NCBI GenBank assembly: GCA_963772725.1
Contig: CAVYYI010000005.1
Location: 96,001 to 160,000 of the forward strand
Source of the DNA: an uncultured Phycisphaerales bacterium
Lineage (GTDB): Bacteria; Planctomycetota; Phycisphaerae; Sedimentisphaerales; Anaerobacaceae
Direction of reading: 5' to 3'
Length of the DNA stretch: 64,000 nt
Shown: positions 57,162 to 64,000 of the stretch, piece after piece
Layout: each line of letters begins with the position of its first letter
How positions within the stretch are numbered: the first letter of the stretch is position 1
The notes under the pieces: generated by a model
Seen by the model: the letters and a program-made list of their open reading frames with translations, nothing else
What the model was told of the DNA's origin: nothing
Database searches by the model: none
Program-made: the position numbers and the translations under genes

Positions 57162-59068
57162 TAATGGCCTAAAATATTCGCGTCATTAACAACATCTTTC
57201 ATTAAGTTATCAAATTTTGAATCATCCAAACTCTTAAGATATTTGATTTGCAATTCCCCTTTTGAGTAGTCAGCACCTTCAGCAGAACCAACATCCAAAT
57301 CATAAACAGCCTTGCTGGAATTGTAACGTGTAAGTTTTTCTAACGCCTGACCTGTCTCCTTTAGTATTTGTTGTGATTTTTCATAATTAACGTATGTCCC
57401 TAAAACCGCAGTGCCTAAGATTTGCCTATTATAAAGACTAACATTTGTTAATACAGTACATGCATCAAATTTATCAAACAAATCTTTGTTATAAAACATA
57501 TTTCGCTGCTCTATCGCGGTTTTTAATATTTCATCAACAGATGGCTTTGCCTGCTGAAGTTGGAGATTTCCTGCAATTAAAGCTAACGCTAAAATTTTAT
57601 AATGAACCGCTAACAGTGTAGGCGGTTCGCCTTCAGTGTGTATTATAAAATTTATAGGAACCCTTGTTTCTTTACGAGACTTGCTTAGATTGTATATAAA
57701 ATTTCTTTCCTCTTTTGTTATAAAGGAATCAAACAATTTATTATAATCATTCAATGAGGATATTATTTCCTCACTGACTAAATTCCCCGCCTCTTCTTTC
57801 GGCAAAAGCGACAATTCATGCATAACTTTCAGGAATCTGCGATTACCCATTATAGCTATAATATTAATTTGACCGGCAGAAAGATGCAAAGGGATACCGC
57901 GAGGTGGTAATTCCATATATATCTGGGCATTCCTAATGTATAAATCAATTTCATCTAGCTTTTTAAGGCTTTCTTTTACAGATTCATTGCCTAATATTCT
58001 GATAACATTGCTAATTTGGGCTTGGCCAGGCAAACCCGATGAGTAAGCGCCAATTATCGTAGCCGGAATAGCTTCTTTTTTGACATTTTCCTTTAAATCC
58101 TTATTAATATCCCCAGCATATTTAATTAGATTATCAAACTCCAAATCCTCTAAAGGCTTAAGGCATATAATTTTCAATTCGCCTTTTGAGTAATCGGCAA
58201 TATCAGCAGAACCGACACGCATATCATAGAGTGCTTTGCTGGAACTGTAATGCGTAAGCCTGTGGATTTCAAATATTTGCCTTGATTCCTGTAATTGTTC
58301 CAATGTGCCCGCATTTACATATGTCCCCAAAACCGCTGTACCCAAGATTTGCCGGTTATAAAGACTTGCATAGTATAACATAAATGCATCACAAAACGTT
58401 TCTCTCTGCTTCAATGCTTCTTCCAGGACTTTACTGATAGAATCTTTAGTTTCCCGTAATTCCAGGTTTCCAGCAATTAAAATCAGTGCCCAAACTTTAT
58501 AACGCTGCGAAATCAGCGTAGGACTGCCATCTTTAGTTGTTTCTACAAAACCCAGCCCCCACCTTTTATTGGGCTGTTCAAGATTGTGCTTAAAAATATG
58601 TTCATTCTCTGCCATATACGCGTTAAACAGTTTTTCATACTCATCCAGCGAATTTATTATCTCTTTATTAAGCAGATTCGCCGCCTCTGTTCTTGGCAGC
58701 CGCGACAATTCATCTAATACTTTCAGAAATCTGCGATTACCCATTATAGCAATTACTTGGTTTCGTTCGGCTGACGCCTTTAAGGGAATGTCTAAAAATG
58801 TATCTTCAAAATAAATTTGGTAATTATTCCAGAAATATAAATCACCTTCCAATAATAAACTTATACTTTTTTCCAAAGATTCATTCTTCAGCACTTGAAT
58901 TGCTTTGTCGAGTGTATTATATCGTTTTTTTTGTGCCAGAATTTGCGGTATAGTTACTATTTCGTTGGCGCCGACTTCCACCATAATCATAATTAGCAAA
59001 CCCGCGAATAATGTCACACAAATCACCCTCGCAGACCAGATTAAAATATTTTTAGATATCTTCCCCAC
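57158..59068 (-). CDS. Hypothetical protein with internal domain duplication
   Basis: IAIMGNRRFLKV, SLYNRQILGTAVLGTYVN and ADYSKGEL each occur twice; N-terminal TM. Confidence 0.8.
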   Translation of the reverse strand: MGKISKNILIWSARVICVTLFAGLLIMIMVEVGANEIVTIPQILAQKKRYNTLDKAIQVLKNESLEKSISLLLEGDLYFWNNYQIYFEDTFLDIPLKASAERNQVIAIMGNRRFLKVLDELSRLPRTEAANLLNKEIINSLDEYEKLFNAYMAENEHIFKHNLEQPNKRWGLGFVETTKDGSPTLISQRYKVWALILIAGNLELRETKDSISKVLEEALKQRETFCDAFMLYYASLYNRQILGTAVLGTYVNAGTLEQLQESRQIFEIHRLTHYSSSKALYDMRVGSADIADYSKGELKIICLKPLEDLEFDNLIKYAGDINKDLKENVKKEAIPATIIGAYSSGLPGQAQISNVIRILGNESVKESLKKLDEIDLYIRNAQIYMELPPRGIPLHLSAGQINIIAIMGNRRFLKVMHELSLLPKEEAGNLVSEEIISSLNDYNKLFDSFITKEERNFIYNLSKSRKETRVPINFIIHTEGEPPTLLAVHYKILALALIAGNLQLQQAKPSVDEILKTAIEQRNMFYNKDLFDKFDACTVLTNVSLYNRQILGTAVLGTYVNYEKSQQILKETGQALEKLTRYNSSKAVYDLDVGSAEGADYSKGELQIKYLKSLDDSKFDNLMKDVVNDANILGHY

Positions 59069-59360
59069 ACTTCCGCCCTTTCTTTTTTAAATTATAATCT
59101 CCCATCTATTTTAGACGACACATTTCATGAATACCTCTTCACATATAATCATTGTCATAATTTTACCCTACTTTTCAGCCCTTTTCAATCCAAAACCGTA
59201 GCAACGTAAAAATCCGCCAAAGGCGGATATAAAATCGGCAATCGAAACCTATCCGCTCCACGCCGCACGCTCATTTTTTCGCTTCATGAGAAACGCTTCA
59301 CATTTAATCGCTCATTTTTCACTTCTCAAAGGTTATCGCTGCCAATATAATAGAGGCGAG

Positions 59361-59837
59361 ATGACAGTTATTATTGATGGTTATAATTTGTTGTGGGTAA
59401 TACCGAAAACAAGCGGCGGTGAGCCGCTGACCGATACGCAGTTATGTCGCATTTTGAGTGCATATTTCAAGATTACAGGTCAGCCGGGCGAGATTATTTT
59501 TGACGGAGTTGGCCCGCCTGATAAAAGCGTATTTGATAATATAAGTAATCTGGATGTTATTTTCGCTGGCGCGGATGTTGAAGCGGACGCGGTGATAGAG
59601 GACAAGATAGCTTCGAGTACGGCGCCGCGAAATTTGGTAATTGTCAGCAGCGACCGGCGGCTTCGTAAGGCCGCCCATGCGCGAAAAGCGATATCGGTAA
59701 AATCGGAGGCATTCTGGGGCGAGGTTCAAAAACAATTGAAGCGAAGTGAAAAATTTCAGGAGCCGACGTCAAAACAGCACGGCATAACGGAAGGCGAAAC
59801 AAAACAATGGCTGAAAATTTTCGACCTCGACAAATAA
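59361..59837 (+). CDS. NYN-domain (YacP-like) protein
   Basis: IIDGYNL, IIFDG, ADAVI, VSSDR. Confidence 0.85.
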   Translation: MTVIIDGYNLLWVIPKTSGGEPLTDTQLCRILSAYFKITGQPGEIIFDGVGPPDKSVFDNISNLDVIFAGADVEADAVIEDKIASSTAPRNLVIVSSDRRLRKAAHARKAISVKSEAFWGEVQKQLKRSEKFQEPTSKQHGITEGETKQWLKIFDLDK

Positions 59838-59958
59838 TCGGCAATACTATACCACTTTAAACGGACATCGGATTGACGTTATAAGGCGGTATCACTATAA
59901 TGGGCTGATTATATTAACTATATCTTTCGCAGTATTTTAGAATTGAGGCCCAAAAATT

Positions 59959-61704
59959 ATGGAAAACCCGAGTGCTGAAGATAATAAAAATACCGGCAGC
60001 AATAATTCGTCGGAATCAACTATAAAATCTGATTTTATCCGTGCCATTATCAACGAGGACATAAAGACCGGCAAATACGGCAGCCGTGTTCATACGCGTT
60101 TTCCACCGGAACCGAACGGATATCTCCACATTGGGCACGCCAAAAGTATCTGCCTGAACTTCGGCATTGCCGCGGATTATCATGGCCTGTGCAACCTGCG
60201 TTTCGATGATACCAATCCGAGTAAAGAGGAAGAAGAGTATGTCGAATCAATCAAGAGCGACGTTCAATGGCTCGGCTGGGACTGGCAGGACAGATTGTAT
60301 TTCGCATCCGACTATTTTGAGCAGATGTATCAATACGCCGTTCAACTGGTTAAGGCGGGTAAGGCGTATGTATGTGATTTGACGGCGGACCAGACCCGCG
60401 AATATCGCGGCACCCTGACAAAGCCCGGCAAAGACAGCCCTTATCGCAAGCGCAGTATTGAAGAAAACCTCGATTTATTTTCGCGGATGCGGGCGGGGGA
60501 ATTTCCCGACGGCTCACGCACTCTGCGGGCAAAGATTGATATGGCCAGCGCAAATTTCAATATGCGAGACCCTGTAATGTATCGAATCCTGCGTGCTACC
60601 CATCATCGCACCGGTGACAAGTGGTGCATTTACCCGATGTATGACTGGGCGCACGGCATTGAGGATTCCATCGAAAAAATCACGCATTCAATTTGCACGC
60701 TCGAATTTGAAAATCACCGGCCCTTATATGACTGGTTCCTCGATGAGCTGGGCGTTTATCACCCACAGCAGATTGAGTTCGCGCGGCTTAATATGACTTA
60801 TACCGTTATGAGCAAACGCAAACTCCTCCAGCTTGTTCAAAAGGGTTTTGTCAGCGGCTGGAACGACCCGCGTATGCCGACTATTTCCGGTATGCGGCGG
60901 CGCGGTTATTCGCCGGAAGCAATCCGAAACTTCTGCAAAATTATCGGCATTAATAAATTTAACAGCACGGTCGATTTTGCGCTGCTGGAACACTGTGTGC
61001 GCGAAGACCTCAACAAAACCTCTCCGCGCGTGATGGCAGTACTTCACCCGCTAAAGGTTGTCATCGAAAATTATCCGCATGGCAAAGTTGAGGAACTTGA
61101 TGCTGTCAATAATCCTGAAGACGCTTCCGCCGGCACACGAAAAGTCCCCTTCTCGCGTGAACTGTATATCGAGCAGGAAGATTTTATGGAGAATCCGCCG
61201 AAAAAATTCTTCCGCCTTGCTCCGGGTAGAGAGGTTCGTTTGCGATACGCTTACCTGATTACCTGCACAGGCGTCGTTAAGGATAGTAGCGGCAGAATTG
61301 TCGAATTGCGTTGTACCTATGACCCTGCCACTCGCGGAGGTGACGCGCCCGACGGCAGAAAGGTCAAATCTACCCTGCACTGGGTATCGGCGACGCACGC
61401 AATAGAAGCGCAGATTCGGCTGTATGAAAACCTCTTTATAAATGAAAATCCGGACACCGCGGAGGAAGGAAAAGATTTTACGACAAATCTGAACCCGGAA
61501 TCGCTGGAGATTTTGTCTTCCTGCAAGCTGGAGCCTTGTTTAGCAAACGCCAAACCGGAGAGCAGATACCAATTCGAAAGGCTGGGCTATTTCTGTGTGG
61601 ACTCCGACCGCACCTCTGACGGAAAACTTATTTTCAACCGTACCGCGACCCTGCGTGACACCTGGGCCAAAATTCAAAAAGCAGAAGGCCAGACAACGCA
61701 GTAA
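59959..61704 (+). CDS. glnS: Glutamine--tRNA ligase
   Basis: [26 protein letters not shown]. Confidence 0.97.
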   Translation: MENPSAEDNKNTGSNNSSESTIKSDFIRAIINEDIKTGKYGSRVHTRFPPEPNGYLHIGHAKSICLNFGIAADYHGLCNLRFDDTNPSKEEEEYVESIKSDVQWLGWDWQDRLYFASDYFEQMYQYAVQLVKAGKAYVCDLTADQTREYRGTLTKPGKDSPYRKRSIEENLDLFSRMRAGEFPDGSRTLRAKIDMASANFNMRDPVMYRILRATHHRTGDKWCIYPMYDWAHGIEDSIEKITHSICTLEFENHRPLYDWFLDELGVYHPQQIEFARLNMTYTVMSKRKLLQLVQKGFVSGWNDPRMPTISGMRRRGYSPEAIRNFCKIIGINKFNSTVDFALLEHCVREDLNKTSPRVMAVLHPLKVVIENYPHGKVEELDAVNNPEDASAGTRKVPFSRELYIEQEDFMENPPKKFFRLAPGREVRLRYAYLITCTGVVKDSSGRIVELRCTYDPATRGGDAPDGRKVKSTLHWVSATHAIEAQIRLYENLFINENPDTAEEGKDFTTNLNPESLEILSSCKLEPCLANAKPESRYQFERLGYFCVDSDRTSDGKLIFNRTATLRDTWAKIQKAEGQTTQ

Positions 61705-61712
61705 TTCAAGTG

Positions 61713-62924
61713 TCACGGACAAAACTCTTTTTCGACAGCGAATGGTCTCAAGGCACGGTCTAAAATGTTATTGAGATAGGCTATCGCGATACCATAATTT
61801 GTAATTGGGACACCAGCCTGTTTGGCCTTGTCGATGCGGCACATCAGCTCCTTGCGGTTAAACATACAACTGCCGCAATGAATAATCAGTTTGTACGGAC
61901 TTAAGTCATCGGGAAAATCTCTTCCCGCTACAACTTTAATTTCAAGATTACGTTTTGTATATTTCTTCAGCCAATTAGGCAATTTAACTCTGCCTATATC
62001 ACCGTCAACTGGGTGATGGCAGCACGCCTCGGCAATCAAAACCTTGTCGCCATCGGTCAGACGGTCTATTTCTCTAACCCCTTTTGTGAACTCGCCGAGG
62101 TCGCCTTTGAACCTTGCGTACACAATTGAAAAACTTGTCAGCAGAACACCTTCAGGAACAATAGCAGCGACCTCATCAAACGCCTGGCTGTCGGTAATCA
62201 CCAGCGATGGCGGTTCTTTTAATCTTCCAATCGCATCCGCTAATTTGTTCTGCTTAACAACAATGGCATAAGCATCCCTGTCGAGAATGTCCCTCAATGT
62301 CTGTACCTGCGGCAGGATTAGTCTGCCCCTGGGAGCTTCAAGGTCAATAGGTGTAACCAAAATAATCAGTTGACCCGCTTTGACCAAATCTCCTGATACG
62401 GTAGATTGTGAAATAAACTCATTTGGCGCAGCCGCAATTACCGCTTCTCGCAAAGATTCCATTCCAACTTTTTTGGCAGCACAGGTCGTTATGACATATT
62501 TTACATCTGCCCCAGCGGCTGTTTCTTCCAATATTTTGTCTTTACGCAGGTCGCTCTTGTTAGCTGCAACGACAACAGGTACGGACCGCTGCTTAAATAA
62601 CTCAACGAGCTGGTTTTCAAACTGTGTCCACCGGTCTGTAACGATAATTGCAAGCTCCGTGCGGTCTATTATCTGCCTGGTCTTTTGAATTCTTGCTCTG
62701 CCAAGGTCGCCGACATCATCGATACCAGCGGTATCTATAAACACCACCGGCCCAAGCGGCTTAAACTCCATAACCTTCTCGACGGGGTCGGTAGTCGTAC
62801 CGGCAACTTCGGAAACTATCGAAACATCCTGCTCCACAAGACAGTTAAGAATAGACGACTTGCCTACATTTCGCCTTCCAAAAACGCCTATATGCAGCCT
62901 AAGACTCTTAGGAACTTTTATCAT
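61713..62924 (-). CDS. hydF: [FeFe]-hydrogenase maturation GTPase
   Basis: GRRNVGKS, DTAG, NKSD, EACCHH, HCGSCM. Confidence 0.95.
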   Translation of the reverse strand: MIKVPKSLRLHIGVFGRRNVGKSSILNCLVEQDVSIVSEVAGTTTDPVEKVMEFKPLGPVVFIDTAGIDDVGDLGRARIQKTRQIIDRTELAIIVTDRWTQFENQLVELFKQRSVPVVVAANKSDLRKDKILEETAAGADVKYVITTCAAKKVGMESLREAVIAAAPNEFISQSTVSGDLVKAGQLIILVTPIDLEAPRGRLILPQVQTLRDILDRDAYAIVVKQNKLADAIGRLKEPPSLVITDSQAFDEVAAIVPEGVLLTSFSIVYARFKGDLGEFTKGVREIDRLTDGDKVLIAEACCHHPVDGDIGRVKLPNWLKKYTKRNLEIKVVAGRDFPDDLSPYKLIIHCGSCMFNRKELMCRIDKAKQAGVPITNYGIAIAYLNNILDRALRPFAVEKEFCP

Positions 62925-62977
62925 ATTCCACCAAAGCAGAAATTCAGTCTGCTATTCCAATCATAGTCCCGGATTAA

Positions 62978-63358
62978 TTATGTATTTTGCTCGATAGCCT
63001 TGAGGAGGACGTCAGGCTTTACCGGTTTTTCGAGAACACCCTTGACCGGCAGCCAGGTATCGTGCGGTTCAAAACCGAATGGCAGGCTCATCTCGCGCCG
63101 GACACCTGTGACCATAATCACCGGCACTTTTTTGAGCGAATCATCCTTGCTCAGTTCCCTGGCCACGTCAAAACCCTCAGACTTGGTCGTCATCATTACA
63201 TCGAGCAGAATGATATTCGGCTTTCGCTCTTTGGCCTTTGCGATTCCGACCTTGCCGTTAGGCGCCGAATCAACATCATAATCCTTAGCCTCAAGCAGGT
63301 TGGTTACAGCTTCGACAAATTCCGGGTCATCATCAATTACAAGAACTCTCTGTGCCAT
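62978..63358 (-). CDS. Single-domain response regulator
   Basis: VIDDD, LLDVMM, VTG, EKP. Confidence 0.9.
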   Translation of the reverse strand: MAQRVLVIDDDPEFVEAVTNLLEAKDYDVDSAPNGKVGIAKAKERKPNIILLDVMMTTKSEGFDVARELSKDDSLKKVPVIMVTGVRREMSLPFGFEPHDTWLPVKGVLEKPVKPDVLLKAIEQNT

Positions 63359-63371
63359 TTTAAATTCTCCT

Positions 63372-64000
63372 TTATATGAATAAGCACTTTTGTTTTTTTA
63401 TATGTTCTTTCAACGAGTCGCCTCGCGAATACTCAATAGTTCTATTTATCGTTTTTGCCATCATATTAATACAGCCGACACATTCGGCGGGCTGTTCATC
63501 GACACATCTTTTTCCAGGATAAATTTCATAAAGTTTCCTGTAAGGCTGCGGTGTAAAGTTCGGCATAATCACATTTGCGCCGCATTTAAGAGCCATAATC
63601 CGCGCATCGCCCTGGCCGATGCTGCCGACCGCAGTGCTCGCAGGCAAGTGTGCGTTTTTCGTAACAATCCTGGTTACAGCGATTGTCTTGAGAGTCAAGT
63701 TGAGATTGCCTGTCGCTTCATCACGCAGCGGAGTAGATTTATGCGGAATAAACGGCCCTATCCCAATCATGTCGAAATCTTCTCTTTTAAAAAACAGGAT
63801 GTCCTCTGCCAGATGCCGGATAGTCTGACCTTTTAGCCCGACAATATTGCCGGAACCGGTTTGATACCCAAGCATCTTCAGGTTGCGCAAACACCTTAAC
63901 CTGTTTTCAAAACTCATTCCGGTATGAAGCGATTCATAAAGCTGCTTGTCGGAAGTTTCAATTTTAAGCAAAAACCTGTCGGCACCAGCTTTTCGCCATA
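63372..64000 (-). CDS. hydE: [FeFe]-hydrogenase maturation radical SAM protein (partial)
   Basis: GSGNIVGL.GQ, DMIGIGPFIPH..TP, GANVIMPN, YEIYPGK; upstream of hydF. Confidence 0.9.
   Translation of the reverse strand, partial: WRKAGADRFLLKIETSDKQLYESLHTGMSFENRLRCLRNLKMLGYQTGSGNIVGLKGQTIRHLAEDILFFKREDFDMIGIGPFIPHKSTPLRDEATGNLNLTLKTIAVTRIVTKNAHLPASTAVGSIGQGDARIMALKCGANVIMPNFTPQPYRKLYEIYPGKRCVDEQPAECVGCINMMAKTINRTIEYSRGDSLKEHIKKQKCLFI

Noticed and set aside
57158..59068. Internal duplication as a DGR TR/VR pair
   Set aside because: Both copies are in one ORF and differ at all base types.

Overview
Bacterial chromosomal window. The gene content (hydE/hydF, an H-X9-DG-type secreted protein, kdsB) suggests an anaerobic Gram-negative, possibly a planctomycete, but taxonomy is only inferred. 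It is mostly housekeeping and metabolic genes: a sugar-catabolism operon, efp, guaAB, rny-ymdB, gdhA, bfr, kdsB-pyrG, mtnP, recA-alaS, hisD, glnS and hydEF. Many genes, including alaS, are split by single-base indels, most likely uncorrected long-read errors. The interesting signal is non-coding. (1) A complete IS110 element has a bridge RNA that can be read from sequence (target and donor guides, CT core, junction promoter) and sits in, and appears to target, a host palindromic repeat. (2) A family of single-gene cassettes is bracketed by long inverted repeats made of 7- or 9-nt units and inserted between conserved operon genes; the cargo is a four-helix-bundle protein, GxxExxY, an aspartic protease or an unknown membrane protein, and orphan arms also occur, including an in-frame one in kdsB. 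(3) Two tandem candidate sRNAs with an anti-SD/anti-AUG motif lie next to a LuxR-type gene. (4) A ~115 bp promoter block is duplicated at gdhA and a LysR gene. (5) A likely 6S RNA lies upstream of rny. (6) There is a 13-Cys, 50-aa metallothionein-like ORF, and the CTP synthase has a non-canonical HPC triad motif.
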